64,000 nt of DNA from Nitrospirales bacterium (GCA_963555755.3 OY820905.2:3712001-3776000), one strand, 5' to 3'. Positions 20,349-31,100 are shown, numbered from the stretch's first letter. Numbers and translations are program-made. Notes: a model not told the origin generated them from the letters alone.

Positions 20349-21329
20349 ATGACGAACGAATCGGCGAGTGTTGTGATGTCTCCAGTCCTTGATGGGGTTG
20401 TGAATGTATCCAAACCGGTAGGGTGGACATCTCATGATGTTGTAGAAAAGTTGCGGCGGTCGCTTGGTATCCGCAAAGTGGGACATGCTGGAACCTTGGA
20501 TCCCATGGCAACGGGCGTGCTTCCCATTTTGATAGGAAAGGGCACGAGGTTATCGGAATATTTAGTCGAGTGGGATAAAGAATATGAAGCGGTCATGCGC
20601 TTGGGGCAGGATACAGATACTCAAGACGCGACCGGCGCGGTCATTCAGGAACGGTCTTATGCCGGGATGACCGAAGAATCGATCCGAACTGCAGCAGCGC
20701 AGTTTTTGGGAGCGCTGCAACAGGTGCCCCCGATGTATTCTGCGCTGAAGGTCGAGGGCCAGCCCCTGTACAAATTGGCTAGGGCTGGGAAAACGGTGGA
20801 GCGTGCGCCTCGGCCTATTACAATTTATCAGTTGGAAGTGTTGAAGGTTGAGATTCCAGACGTGTCTTTTCGGGTGACCTGTTCAAAGGGGACCTATATA
20901 CGCACCCTGTGTACTGATATTGGGCAGACTCTGGGTGTGGGAGGGCATTTGCGTCAATTGTGTCGAACGCGAGTTGGGCCGTTTCATATCGAAGATGCCA
21001 TGTCTCCCTTGGAAATCGACCAAGAATTTCTGTCGCATGGACATAATCAAGTCGTGCGGGGGCTTAATGCCGTGCTCAGCCACTTGCCGGAGGTCGTGAT
21101 TGATTCCTCCATGGTAACGCGAGCCTTACATGGAGCGCCGATCCCTCAATCGGCAGTCTCTCGAACGTTTGGGGAACCTTGCAAAGCCGGTCCTGCCCAA
21201 GAAATTCTGCGGGTCAAAGACCCTGCGGGGCAGTTGCTGGGGTTGGGAAAGTTTGCAAAGGATGCTTCCGATCCGTCAGAAATAGGCCTGCCATTGGTAT
21301 TTGTCAAAGTGTTTGGGCAATCAAGCTAA
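20349..21329 (+). CDS. truB: tRNA pseudouridine(55) synthase
   Basis: KVGHAGTLDPMATGVL, PPMYSALK and CSKGTYIR motifs. Confidence 0.97.
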   Translation: MTNESASVVMSPVLDGVVNVSKPVGWTSHDVVEKLRRSLGIRKVGHAGTLDPMATGVLPILIGKGTRLSEYLVEWDKEYEAVMRLGQDTDTQDATGAVIQERSYAGMTEESIRTAAAQFLGALQQVPPMYSALKVEGQPLYKLARAGKTVERAPRPITIYQLEVLKVEIPDVSFRVTCSKGTYIRTLCTDIGQTLGVGGHLRQLCRTRVGPFHIEDAMSPLEIDQEFLSHGHNQVVRGLNAVLSHLPEVVIDSSMVTRALHGAPIPQSAVSRTFGEPCKAGPAQEILRVKDPAGQLLGLGKFAKDASDPSEIGLPLVFVKVFGQSS

Positions 21330-21384
21330 TTTGTGATTTGCCTATATAGGCATTCGAATAATTTTCAGTAGGGAGGGGTGAAAT

Positions 21385-21654
21385 ATGGGGCTCGGAGTTG
21401 CAGTGAAAACCGATATCGTCAAGCAGCATCAACATCATGATAAGGATACGGGTTCTTCAGAGGTGCAGATTGCCTTGTTGACCAACCGCATCAATTATTT
21501 AACTGAACATTTTCGGACTCATAAAAAGGACCATCATTCACGGCATGGATTGTTGCGAATGGTGAGTCGGCGGCGACGGCTATTGAGTTACCTGCATCGT
21601 GTGGATGCGGCAAGCTATCGATCGCTGTTAGGCACGTTAGGACTGAGAAAATAA
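21385..21654 (+). CDS. rpsO: 30S ribosomal protein S15
   Basis: [13 protein letters not shown] and HKKDHHSR motifs. Confidence 0.98.
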   Translation: MGLGVAVKTDIVKQHQHHDKDTGSSEVQIALLTNRINYLTEHFRTHKKDHHSRHGLLRMVSRRRRLLSYLHRVDAASYRSLLGTLGLRK

Positions 21655-21675
21655 AAGACTATTTGGAAAAGCCTG

Positions 21676-21854
21676 GGACCTGAGAGAAAATACCTTGGAC
21701 AATATCGCGCCAAGATTTGGGTTGGATTTGGACGGAACGATTGAGAAACACCCGAGGCATAGCACAGCTATGTTGAGGGTGTTTCGATTGAGGCCCGTTC
21801 AAAGATGGCCCGAAGATTGGATGCGAGATGTCCAAGTTATTTTCTCTCAGGTCC
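21676..21854. mobile_element. MITE-like family C, copy 2 (inverted)
   Basis: GGACCTGAGAGAAAATA/TATTTTCTCTCAGGTCC with a CTG duplication. Confidence 0.9.
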
Positions 21855-21881
21855 CTGGTGGGTGAGGAAGGAGAGAATTTC

Positions 21882-23984
21882 ATGGTGCATTCTGTTGAAT
21901 TGGAAGTCGCCGGTCGTACGTTGAGGCTCGAAACAGGCCATATGGCCAAGCAAGCGGATGGATCCATCCTTGCCACCTATGGTGACACGGTGGTGTTAGC
22001 TACCGCGGTAGCCTCAAGGAAGGTAAAACCCGACTCGGATTTTCTCCCCTTAACCGTCAATTATCAGGAAAAAGCCTATTCCGCTGGAAAAATTCCAGGA
22101 GGATTTTTTAAGCGAGAGGGCGCACCGTCGGAAAAAGAAACTCTGACGAGTCGATTAATTGATCGTCCGATCCGTCCTCTGTTTCCTAAGGGATATTTTT
22201 ATGAAACTCAGGTTGTGGTGTCCGTCTTATCCGTGGATCAAACAATGATATCGGATACCATGGGCATTACCGCTGGATCTGCGGCGTTGGCGATTTCCGA
22301 CATTCCATTTAACGGTCCACTTGCTGGAATACGAATTGGCCGGGTTGACGGGAACTTTGTAGTCAATCCCGACATACACATGCTGGCCAAGAGTGAATTG
22401 GACTTGGTCGTGGCTGGCACGGCGGAGGCCATCATGATGGTCGAGGCGGGAGCGGGTGGATTGTCCGAGGCCGTGATGCTTGAAGCCCTGGAACTCGCGC
22501 ATGGGGAAATTAAAAAAATTGTCGCGAAGGTCAATGAACTGAGAGAAAAAGTGGGGCGTCAGAAACGAGTACTTGAAGTGGAAACGGTGAGTGAAGAACT
22601 TCGAGCCCAAGTGAAACAACTGGCCTCCGCTCCCATTCGAGAAGCCGTATTCATTCCGAACAAAGCCGAACGCCAAGAACGATTAGATGAGATTTTGCAA
22701 GAAGCGATCGAAAAGCTCGGTGGGGAAGATTCTACATGCCATCGGCACATTAAAGACATGTACCATGACCTAGAATATGATGAAGTCCGGGATTTAATCT
22801 TGGAGAAAAAAGTCCGAGCCGATGGACGAGGGCCTACGGATATTCGCCCGATCACTTGTGAAACGGGGCTATTGCCACGCACCCATGGTTCTGCCCTGTT
22901 TACCCGAGGTGAGACCCAAGCTCTTGCGGTCGTGACCTTAGGCACCTCTGATGATGAGCAGCGTATTGATGCCCTCGAAGGGGAATATTTTCGAACATTT
23001 TTACTCCACTACAATTTTCCGCCTTTTTGTGTTGGGGAGGCCAGACCCATGCGAGGGCCAGGCCGTCGAGAAATCGGGCATGGAAAACTAGCCCTACGTG
23101 CACTCACATCCGTCATGCCAACCCGTGATGAGTTTCCGTATACCATCAGGCTGGTGTCGGATATTTTGGAATCGAATGGTTCATCATCGATGGCCACGGT
23201 GTGTGGGGGGTCCTTGGCCCTGATGGATGCCGGGGTGCCGATTAAAGAACCGGTTGCTGGAATTGCGATGGGTCTCATTAAAGAAGGAGACCGAGTCATC
23301 ATTCTCTCGGATATCTTGGGGCTAGAAGACCATCTTGGCGATATGGACTTTAAGGTCACTGGCACCAAAAATGGCGTGACGGCTTTGCAAATGGATATTA
23401 AAATTGGAGGCATCAACACGGAGTTGATGCGGCAAGCACTAGAGCAGGCGCGTGCTGGACGGTTGCACATTCTAGAGCGAATGAATGAAGCCTTGGCAGC
23501 TCCACGGCCTGATCTTGCGGCCTATGCCCCAAGAATTTTCACCATTCAAATTAAGCAGGATAAGATCAGAGACATCATTGGCCCGGGTGGCAAGATCATC
23601 AGAGGAATCATCGCTGAATGTGGCGTGAAAATGAATGTCGATGATTCTGGACTGGTGACTATTGCCGCTGTGGACGGAGATTCTGCCAATAAGGCCATCC
23701 AAATGGTGGAACAGTTAACGGAGGAGGTTGAGATTGGGAAGCTCTACCTCGGGACCGTCAGAAAAATTGTCGATTTTGGTGCGTTTGTCGAAATTCTTCC
23801 CAATGTCGATGGCCTCGTGCATATTTCCCAGCTGGCCCACCATCGTGTGAATGCGGTGTCTGATGAGCTTTCCGAAGGAGAGAAAATCATGGTTAAGGTG
23901 ATGGAAATTGACAGGCAAGGGAAGATTCGGTTGAGTCGGAAAGAGGCCTTAGCCGAATCCGAAGTCCCAACGGGCGAATCGTAA
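21882..23984 (+). CDS. pnp: Polyribonucleotide nucleotidyltransferase
   Basis: KIPGGFFKREG, RREIGHG and ESNGSSSMA motifs; KH and S1 domains; AAGGAG RBS before ATG 21882. Confidence 0.98.
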   Translation: MVHSVELEVAGRTLRLETGHMAKQADGSILATYGDTVVLATAVASRKVKPDSDFLPLTVNYQEKAYSAGKIPGGFFKREGAPSEKETLTSRLIDRPIRPLFPKGYFYETQVVVSVLSVDQTMISDTMGITAGSAALAISDIPFNGPLAGIRIGRVDGNFVVNPDIHMLAKSELDLVVAGTAEAIMMVEAGAGGLSEAVMLEALELAHGEIKKIVAKVNELREKVGRQKRVLEVETVSEELRAQVKQLASAPIREAVFIPNKAERQERLDEILQEAIEKLGGEDSTCHRHIKDMYHDLEYDEVRDLILEKKVRADGRGPTDIRPITCETGLLPRTHGSALFTRGETQALAVVTLGTSDDEQRIDALEGEYFRTFLLHYNFPPFCVGEARPMRGPGRREIGHGKLALRALTSVMPTRDEFPYTIRLVSDILESNGSSSMATVCGGSLALMDAGVPIKEPVAGIAMGLIKEGDRVIILSDILGLEDHLGDMDFKVTGTKNGVTALQMDIKIGGINTELMRQALEQARAGRLHILERMNEALAAPRPDLAAYAPRIFTIQIKQDKIRDIIGPGGKIIRGIIAECGVKMNVDDSGLVTIAAVDGDSANKAIQMVEQLTEEVEIGKLYLGTVRKIVDFGAFVEILPNVDGLVHISQLAHHRVNAVSDELSEGEKIMVKVMEIDRQGKIRLSRKEALAESEVPTGES

Positions 23985-24031
23985 ACTTTTTTTGAGTCGC
24001 TAGTAGCTCAAAACGGGTAGCTTTTTCTTTA

Positions 24032-24192
24032 GGGCACCTCTACAAACCAGGCATTTTGGTGAGGGCCCAGGCATTTTTTGTGAGGGCAAGGAAGCCGCGC
24101 GCGGAAAACCGGAGTGTATGGGCGAATACATGAAGATTTGAGCACGCGGCTGACGCCGCCATCACGGAAAAGGACGGTTTTTAAAGGTGCCC
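24032..24192. mobile_element. MITE-like family A, copy 5, with ~20-bp internal duplication
   Basis: The CCAGGCATTTT..GTGAGGGC segment is duplicated in tandem. Confidence 0.88.
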
Positions 24193-24329
24193 TTGAGTGT
24201 ATTTTAAGCACCTGCCGCTCTTGAACAGGTTGTATTTCTTGCCCAATGGTTTTCCATCATCATGGAAAGCTGAGTTCAGAACAAACCAGTTGGTCATGAT
24301 CACGGCAAATCGTTCAGGTTCAATCCTTA

Positions 24330-24486
24330 GGGCTCGCGCAGGAATAACTTCCCCTGTTTGGCCGTCGATCCATCCCGTCTGGCGGCGTTGCTCGTCCTTT
24401 CCATACGAGGAGTATGCGCAGTCCTCGCGCCTTGCCAGACAGGTGTCTCAACACCCAAACAGGGGAAGTTATTCCTGCGCGAACCC
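24330..24486. mobile_element. MITE-like family B, copy 3
   Basis: Family B TIRs; TTA duplication. Confidence 0.9.
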
Positions 24487-24559
24487 TTAACAGCGAAGAG
24501 TTCATCTTCGTCCATGCGGGTAAAGATAGTGAGCCATTTTCGTAAAGGCAATAAGCGTC

Positions 24560-25810
24560 ATGCGTAAAGTAGTGCTGGATAATGGTGTTCGGGTGGTTAT
24601 GGAGCGGATGTCGTCGTTGAAGTCCGTGGCCATCGGGATATGGATTAACGTTGGCACTCGTGATGAAAGCAAGGGGCAGGAGGGTCTGTCTCACTTTTTA
24701 GAGCACATGATGTTTAAAGGAACTAGGCGAAGGTCGGCATCCAAAATTTCCCAAGAGATTGATAACCTGGGCGGGGAGATGAATGCGTTTACCACGCATG
24801 AGTCCACCGTGTTTTATGTCAAAGTTTTAGATCAGCAGATTGATCAGGCCGTCGATTTGTTAGCGGACTTGTTTCATCACTCCCGTTTTGCCCCACCCGA
24901 AATTGAACGAGAAAAACAAGTCGTGCTTGAGGAAATCCGGACGGTGCGCGATGACCCTGAGGATTTTGTTCAAGAACTTCATGCCCACCACGTCATGCGA
25001 AGCCATCCCCTGGGCCGCTCCATTTTGGGTAATTCTTCCACGATGGAAGGCATAGGACGAAGGGACATCCTTGATTATGTGGATGAGCAATATCATCCCG
25101 AGAAGCTAGTCGTTTCCGTCGCAGGGAATTTCAACGAAAAAACGTTGCTGCCTCTCTTAAATCGCTCATTTGGAAAGTGGAGACCTTCTCGATCAAAACA
25201 TTGCAGCCTTGATTCTCGAAAACCGCCCAAGCTGTACATCGGGACTTTTGTGCATCCTAAACGATTGGAACAAGTCCATGTCTGTTTAGGTTTGCCTGGT
25301 ATTCCCGTGAACCATCCGACCCGGTATGCCGCTCATATTCTGAATGCGTTGTTTGGAGGGGGCGTGAGCTCTCGGCTCTTCCAGGAGGTCAGGGAAAAAC
25401 GGGGGCTGGCCTATACCATTTATTCGCAACTTTCTAGTTATTCTGATGCGGGGACGCTGACTATCTATGCCGCAACCGGCTCGAAAGAAGCATCCAAATT
25501 GGTTGATGTCGTGCGACGGGAAGTCCGAAAGCTTCGAAATCGAGGACCGGCAGTGCAGGAATTAATCCGCACAAAAAATCAGTTAAAAGGGACACTCATG
25601 CTTGGCCTGGAAGGCACGTACGGTCGAATGAATAAATTAGCCAAGGATGAAATTTGTCAAGGCCGCTACGTGTCTTTAAATGAAATGCTTTCCGAGATTG
25701 ACAAAATCTCAAAAGATCAGGTCCAGATTGTGGCTCAAGATCTCTTAAATATTGAGAAAATGACGGTGACAGCCTTGGGCCCCGTGCCCAAGACCGCGTT
25801 TTCCGCTTAA
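24560..25810 (+). CDS. M16-family zinc peptidase
   Basis: HFLEHMMFKGT (HxxEH), MNAFT and SSRLFQEVREKRGLAY motifs. Confidence 0.95.
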   Translation: MRKVVLDNGVRVVMERMSSLKSVAIGIWINVGTRDESKGQEGLSHFLEHMMFKGTRRRSASKISQEIDNLGGEMNAFTTHESTVFYVKVLDQQIDQAVDLLADLFHHSRFAPPEIEREKQVVLEEIRTVRDDPEDFVQELHAHHVMRSHPLGRSILGNSSTMEGIGRRDILDYVDEQYHPEKLVVSVAGNFNEKTLLPLLNRSFGKWRPSRSKHCSLDSRKPPKLYIGTFVHPKRLEQVHVCLGLPGIPVNHPTRYAAHILNALFGGGVSSRLFQEVREKRGLAYTIYSQLSSYSDAGTLTIYAATGSKEASKLVDVVRREVRKLRNRGPAVQELIRTKNQLKGTLMLGLEGTYGRMNKLAKDEICQGRYVSLNEMLSEIDKISKDQVQIVAQDLLNIEKMTVTALGPVPKTAFSA

Positions 25811-25858
25811 TCGGCCTCCCTGGGCCAAAAATATGGTGTAATTTGACAAAAAAGGCTC

Positions 25859-25887
25859 TTGACAACCTTGAGCCAGATGAGTAGCAT
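25859..25887 (+). promoter_or_regulatory. Putative sigma70 promoter
   Basis: TTGACA-N17-TAGCAT about 200 nt upstream of 26089. Confidence 0.55.
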
Positions 25888-26088
25888 GTGCCACTTGAAA
25901 TTAAGTGTTAAAAAGAACGCCTCATACTGATGTTTTGAAGTTGTAGGGTGCCGTGAGTGGAAAGGAGGTGGGCTCCCTTAATTTTCAAAAAAGGAAAACA
26001 GACGTTGCAATTGGAACCGGTGTTAGTTACAAAGTTAACTGTTGGTCTTTTCATTTTCATTATGTCATTCTAAGAAAAGGGGGGGGAA

Positions 26089-26646
26089 ATGAAGAAGTCA
26101 TTATTCCGTGGAGGAGTTGTTGCGCTCTTTGCCATCGGTCTGATTTTTGGGTTCCTTGGCACGGTGGAGGCCAAAAAAAAGAGCATCTTTGGTCCCTGCT
26201 CGACCAGTAAGAAATGCCAGGAGAAACCAATCGCCCTAGCTACCATTGGGGGCATGACCCTTGGCGGGAAAATAGCGACTAGTTTAAAGGGACGAGTGTA
26301 CAGTCATTGGGCCGACAATCCCAATGGGGAAATCCTCTTTGGTATTCAATATTGGAATACCAGTGAACCCGCTGAAACTGGTGATCCTCTTGGTCGCGCC
26401 TCTGACGATCGCAATGTGGCCATTCCTGATCCGTTGTTTGTGTGTTGCGCATGGGGCTTCCAGGGTGGTGAAGAAAAAAATGGTCCGTATGCTGGATGGT
26501 ACAACCCGCAAACGACTGTTCGTCTTCGCGTTAAGGATTCAGGATTGATGAAACAATTGACCGCTGCTTCACAAAAACTTGTGGCCATGGAAGTTCAACT
26601 GTCTGGTGGAAATACCATCACAAGTTTTAAGATTCTGGGTGATTAA
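26089..26646 (+). CDS. Exported hypothetical protein with 4 Cys
   Basis: Signal peptide ending VEA; CSTSKKC and VCCAW; G-rich RBS. Confidence 0.75.
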   Translation: MKKSLFRGGVVALFAIGLIFGFLGTVEAKKKSIFGPCSTSKKCQEKPIALATIGGMTLGGKIATSLKGRVYSHWADNPNGEILFGIQYWNTSEPAETGDPLGRASDDRNVAIPDPLFVCCAWGFQGGEEKNGPYAGWYNPQTTVRLRVKDSGLMKQLTAASQKLVAMEVQLSGGNTITSFKILGD

Positions 26647-26711
26647 GTTAGAAAACTAAAATTTATTAAGAAAAACACAAGTCTTTATCATTTACAGAGG
26701 AGGAGGGGATT

Positions 26712-27371
26712 ATGAAAGTTCGTACAACCGGGTTGGCAGTTTTAGCTGCCATTGCCTTGGTAAGCGGAATGGCCTCCAGTGCTTTTGCCATTGAAGCATT
26801 CCAAGAAAGGTTTGAATGGGGCGATCTCAGCAAGCCAACCACGCTTCATGCTCGAGTTGCGGTCACCGATCCTTACGACAAAGCAGCCTGGGTGAATGTG
26901 GCTGTGTTCGGCGGAAATGCGGAAAGTGGGTATTACTGGCAAAAGTATTTCCCTGGCAAAAACCTTAAAGTGTATGCTGGAAACGATGCCGTTTGGAGTA
27001 AATTACAAGCGCTCGGAAAAAGTTCTCACAGCCAAGCAGTGATGAGCGGGACCCAAGCGTCAAAGTACACACTCGTGGAATTGACAATACAAGAGACTGA
27101 ACAAAATTATCGTGTGGTATCGGCTATTAAAGAAATCTCGGAAGTTGCCGGTACGCCATCAAACCCACGAAGCATTCATAGCCTTCGTGGCGTTAACGAA
27201 GCCCAGACAATTGAGAATGAGGGTTGGTCAGGCAACAGACGGATGAGGTATGATGTGATGATTCCTGGGGTAGGCGGGGTTATAGGGGTCATTCCCAATT
27301 CCGACCAGAGCGCGCACATGTCCAAGCGCACCAAGAACGACGATGGGTTTGGTCACGAATACCTGAAATAG
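26712..27371 (+). CDS. Exported hypothetical protein
   Basis: Signal peptide ending AFA; strong AGGAGG RBS. Confidence 0.8.
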   Translation: MKVRTTGLAVLAAIALVSGMASSAFAIEAFQERFEWGDLSKPTTLHARVAVTDPYDKAAWVNVAVFGGNAESGYYWQKYFPGKNLKVYAGNDAVWSKLQALGKSSHSQAVMSGTQASKYTLVELTIQETEQNYRVVSAIKEISEVAGTPSNPRSIHSLRGVNEAQTIENEGWSGNRRMRYDVMIPGVGGVIGVIPNSDQSAHMSKRTKNDDGFGHEYLK

Positions 27372-27412
27372 ATATAATAAGTAAGATAAACCTCAAAGGT
27401 TTGTGATTATTC

Positions 27413-27452
27413 AAAAGGCGGGGCTCGAATCACCGAGCCCCGCCTTTTTTTT
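27413..27452. terminator. Bidirectional intrinsic terminator
   Basis: AAAAGGCGGGGCTCG-loop-CGAGCCCCGCCTTTTTTT between convergent genes. Confidence 0.9.
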
Positions 27453-30087
27453 ATTCAGAATCCAGGCGACGTTGAAGGTCGGCTAAACGATTGAGGGCTT
27501 CCAGCGGGGTCATGGAAAACAGATCCATCTGTTTCATTTCTTCAATTATTGGGTGCGGGGATGGCAAGCTATCCTCTAATTCATTGTCGTTTTTTTTGGT
27601 ATTGTGGTGAGATCCATCGGACTGTTCTAACTGAGATAACACTTCTTCCGCGCGTTTGAGAATTTGCAAGGGGATTCCTGCAAGCTGTGCTACGTGAATC
27701 CCGTAACTTCGATCAGCCCTCCCTGGTATAATCTTTCTTAAGAAAACAATAGTATCCTTTAATTCCTTCACGGCCATAGTGTAGTTTTTTATTCCACTGC
27801 GGTGATTCTCCAGATCTGTCATCTCGTGATAATGGGTCGCAAACAATGTCCGTGCTCCCAAGACCCCACGATCCTGAATGTATTCGGCTATTGACCAGGC
27901 GAGACTCAGGCCATCATATGTACTAGTACCACGTCCAATTTCATCCAGAAGAATTAAACTACGGTTTGTTGAGGCACCAAGGATTCTCGCGGTTTCAGCC
28001 ATTTCCACCATAAAGGTGCTTTGGCCGCCAGCAAGATTATCTGATGCACCGACTCTTGTAAAAATACGATCTACAAGCCCTATTTTTGCCTCTGAAGCAG
28101 GAACGAAACATCCGATGTGGGCGAGTAACACAATGAGTCCCGTTTGGCGAAGAAAAGTACTTTTCCCAGCCATATTGGGTCCGGTTATGAGCAAGAGCCG
28201 GTTTTCCTCAAGGTCCAATAACGCGTCATTTGCAATAAAGCCATCGGGCAGGAGAAGTTGTTCGAGAACCGGGTGGCGTCCATCCTGTATATGAATCACC
28301 CCTCCCTCGTGAAGTTCCGGTCGGGAGTAACGTTGTTTAGATGAAATTTCAGCAAAGTTTACTATAACATCGAGAATGCCCAACCGTCTGGCGATTCGCT
28401 GTATTCTTATAGTTTCCTGCCCGATTTTCTGACGAATTGTTTGAAACAATTCCTGTTCCAAATTCCGTAATTGGAGACTGGCTCCGGTCATGTGTTCTTC
28501 CAGGTTTCGTAATGCATCGCTCGTGAACCGTTCAGCATTGGCCAAGGTTTGCTTTCGGGTGAAGTGGGCCGGTACACGAGGAAGATTTGGTTTGGTCACT
28601 TCAAAATAGTAACCAAAGACCTGGTTATATTTTATCTTGAGGGAATCAATTCCTGACTGGCGGCGCTCCTGCTGTTCAAGATCCGTTATCCATCGGCTTC
28701 CATCTCTGGTGATCCGTCGAAGTTCATCAATCTGTTCGTTGTAGGAATCTTGAATAATACCACCCTCTTTGATGGATAGGGGAGCATCGGGCGAGATTGC
28801 TTGTTCGATAAAAACACCCATGTCTTCGAGATTGTCCCAGTCCTGAAGTAACCCTTTTAATAAGTGGCACTGAAAGGGAGTCAGAAGTTGGGAGATTTGA
28901 GCCAGCATTGAGAGTGCTTCTTGTAAATGAAGAAGATCTCGCGGGGTTGCCGATTCCATGGCTATCCGACTACTGATTCGTTCAAGATCGGGAATATTTT
29001 TTAAGGTGTGCCGTAACTCCAATCGAAGTTTGACTTCTTTTGTGATTTCCGTGACAGCATCCAGCCGTTCATTTATGGCGTGAACTTCTACGAGAGGGCG
29101 CACCAGCCATTGTCGCAGTAAGCGGCTTCCCATAGCCGTGACCGTGTGATCCAAAACCGAAAGAACGGTGGCATTTTTTTGATCGGGAGAAAGGGGGGTG
29201 AGAATTTCTAAATTTCGAAGGGTCATGGCATCCATGTGCATTTCGCGTGTTGCATGCCGGATTTGCGGTCGTTGAATGTGATGGTGCTGCAATAGTGGTT
29301 GGGTTCGATGCACATAGCGCAGAACCATGGCGGCTGCCTGGACAGACCCTATCGAACGATCGAGGCCTAAATCCTGTAGTCCTGAAACCTGAAATTGCTT
29401 GAGAAGAAGGTGTTGGGCTTCGTCGAAATCAGATCCCGTTTGGTCATCCGCTTTGACACAAGGAATTTTCAGGGCGGCAATGGCTGTTTGAAGTTTTGGT
29501 AAAGAACCTTGGGACTGGGAAGAGCTGGATGGAAGAATTAATTCTTGTGGGGCCGTACGAATTAATTCATCAAGCAGGTCATCTTGGGCATGGGGACCAC
29601 AAAACTCCGCAAGAAAAAATTCCCCAGTAGAAAGATCAACCGAGGCCAGACCAAAGTGAAGAGCGGCCCCTTCCCCAGACATCTCGCAAGCTATGGCGGT
29701 CAAAAAGTTTGATTCTTTGGCATCGAGCAGGTCTGCATCAAATAAGGTTCCAGGTGTATAGACTCTGACCACTTCCCGTCGAACTAACCCCTTGGCCATT
29801 TTCGGATCTTCGACTTGTTCGCAAAGCGCGACGGTTTTCCCGGATTTCAGAAGTTTTGAAATGTAATTGGAAGAAGCATGGTGGGGAATCCCGCACAGGG
29901 GTACAGGATTCGGATTATTTTTATCTCGTGAAGTGAGGGCAATATTGAGAATGCTGGAAGCCTCTTCCGCATCTTCAAAGAACATTTCATAGAAATCCCC
30001 CACGCGAAAAAATACGATGGCCTCCTGATGGGCATTTTTAATTTCTCGATATTGCCGCATCAAGGGTGTGAGTTCAGGATCGCTCAT
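27451..30087 (-). CDS. mutS: DNA mismatch repair protein MutS
   Basis: TPLMRQY, GDFYEMF, GPNMAGKST, STFMVEM and DEIGRGTST motifs. Confidence 0.98.
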   Translation of the reverse strand: MSDPELTPLMRQYREIKNAHQEAIVFFRVGDFYEMFFEDAEEASSILNIALTSRDKNNPNPVPLCGIPHHASSNYISKLLKSGKTVALCEQVEDPKMAKGLVRREVVRVYTPGTLFDADLLDAKESNFLTAIACEMSGEGAALHFGLASVDLSTGEFFLAEFCGPHAQDDLLDELIRTAPQELILPSSSSQSQGSLPKLQTAIAALKIPCVKADDQTGSDFDEAQHLLLKQFQVSGLQDLGLDRSIGSVQAAAMVLRYVHRTQPLLQHHHIQRPQIRHATREMHMDAMTLRNLEILTPLSPDQKNATVLSVLDHTVTAMGSRLLRQWLVRPLVEVHAINERLDAVTEITKEVKLRLELRHTLKNIPDLERISSRIAMESATPRDLLHLQEALSMLAQISQLLTPFQCHLLKGLLQDWDNLEDMGVFIEQAISPDAPLSIKEGGIIQDSYNEQIDELRRITRDGSRWITDLEQQERRQSGIDSLKIKYNQVFGYYFEVTKPNLPRVPAHFTRKQTLANAERFTSDALRNLEEHMTGASLQLRNLEQELFQTIRQKIGQETIRIQRIARRLGILDVIVNFAEISSKQRYSRPELHEGGVIHIQDGRHPVLEQLLLPDGFIANDALLDLEENRLLLITGPNMAGKSTFLRQTGLIVLLAHIGCFVPASEAKIGLVDRIFTRVGASDNLAGGQSTFMVEMAETARILGASTNRSLILLDEIGRGTSTYDGLSLAWSIAEYIQDRGVLGARTLFATHYHEMTDLENHRSGIKNYTMAVKELKDTIVFLRKIIPGRADRSYGIHVAQLAGIPLQILKRAEEVLSQLEQSDGSHHNTKKNDNELEDSLPSPHPIIEEMKQMDLFSMTPLEALNRLADLQRRLDSE

Positions 30088-30156
30088 TGTGAGAACGCGC
30101 TCTTTTCGTGATCAAAAGATTGTGGTATCAAAAAACTGAATTCCCGCTTCAGCTAG

Positions 30157-30316
30157 GAGCCTGTCCGAGATGAGCGATCGTTACGAGGATGTGCTGGTTT
30201 GAGTCAGATGTTTCGATCGTTTGAGGCGAATAGTGGGACTATTCAACGAAAAGGATCGGAAGATCTGGCCAAATCCAGCACATTCGTAGTAGATCAGTCT
30301 AATCTTGGACAGGCTC
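30157..30316. mobile_element. MITE-like family F, uninterrupted copy (160 bp)
   Basis: TIR GAGCCTGTCC/GGACAGGCTC with CTAG on both flanks; the right CTAG contains the tsaE stop codon. Confidence 0.9.
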
Positions 30317-30838
30317 CTAGTTTTCCTGACTCACAAGGGCGTTCAATAATTTCTGGCTTCTGGTGCCAAAGCCTTGGAGCATAACATGCCGTGAATAGCG
30401 GCTCCCGAATGTCAGATGAAGGGCGAGCCGGTCATCCGGAAGCTGAGCTTGGGAAAGCCGATCGGCCCATTCGATGACCACGACATGTTCGGTATCGAAA
30501 TATGCAGAGAGTCCGATCTCGTCAATTTCAATTGACCCTTCCAGGCGATACAGATCGACATGGGCAATCGGAGGTTGGTTCTCATATTCTTGGATAATCG
30601 TAAACGTGGGGCTGGTGACTTCCTCTGTCGAAAGCCCCATGCCTTTGGCCAGGCCACGAACAACACAGGTTTTCCCAGCGCCTAATTCACCGGTCAGGGT
30701 GATGACCTCACCACCACGCAATTCGTGTCCAATGGCCATGCCCAGTCGCTCGGTGTCTAATCGTGACCGCAAAAGGCATTTCCATTGATGTTTTCCCTTG
30801 TGAGAAAATCGAAGTTTTTGAAGTCGGAAATCTCCCAC
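30317..30838 (-). CDS. tsaE: tRNA t6A biosynthesis ATPase TsaE (start uncertain)
   Basis: GELGAGKT, VTSPTFTI, HVDLYRL and VIEWAD motifs. The ORF-track N-terminus is repeat-derived. Confidence 0.92.
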   Translation of the reverse strand: MGDFRLQKLRFSHKGKHQWKCLLRSRLDTERLGMAIGHELRGGEVITLTGELGAGKTCVVRGLAKGMGLSTEEVTSPTFTIIQEYENQPPIAHVDLYRLEGSIEIDEIGLSAYFDTEHVVVIEWADRLSQAQLPDDRLALHLTFGSRYSRHVMLQGFGTRSQKLLNALVSQEN

Positions 30839-30867
30839 GCCCGTCTCTTGATTTGAAAATTCCTTGA

Positions 30868-31083
30868 AGGGCCTGTTGAATATTGCACTCCAACAGCCAA
30901 TAAAAGCTCCAAATGAGCCACGCATCGTCAGTGGGAGGGAATGTTCAAAAAAGCATGCCCTGAGTCTTTCCGAAGGGTCTATCCAGCAAGGCCGCAGCCA
31001 TTTTGACGAGCGGAGCGTACTCATAGTACGTGAGCACGGCAAAATGGCGAGAACGCCGCTGGCGGCTTTTTTCAACATTCCCT
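30868..31083. repeat. Extended family G element
   Basis: G core at 30936-31083 plus an upstream arm starting AGGGCCTGTTGAA. Confidence 0.75.
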
Positions 31084-31100
31084 TGAAAGAAACCGTGGGT

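Noticed and set aside
30839..31078. N-terminal extension of TsaE (MLKKAASGVL...)
   Set aside because: It derives from the family G repeat.
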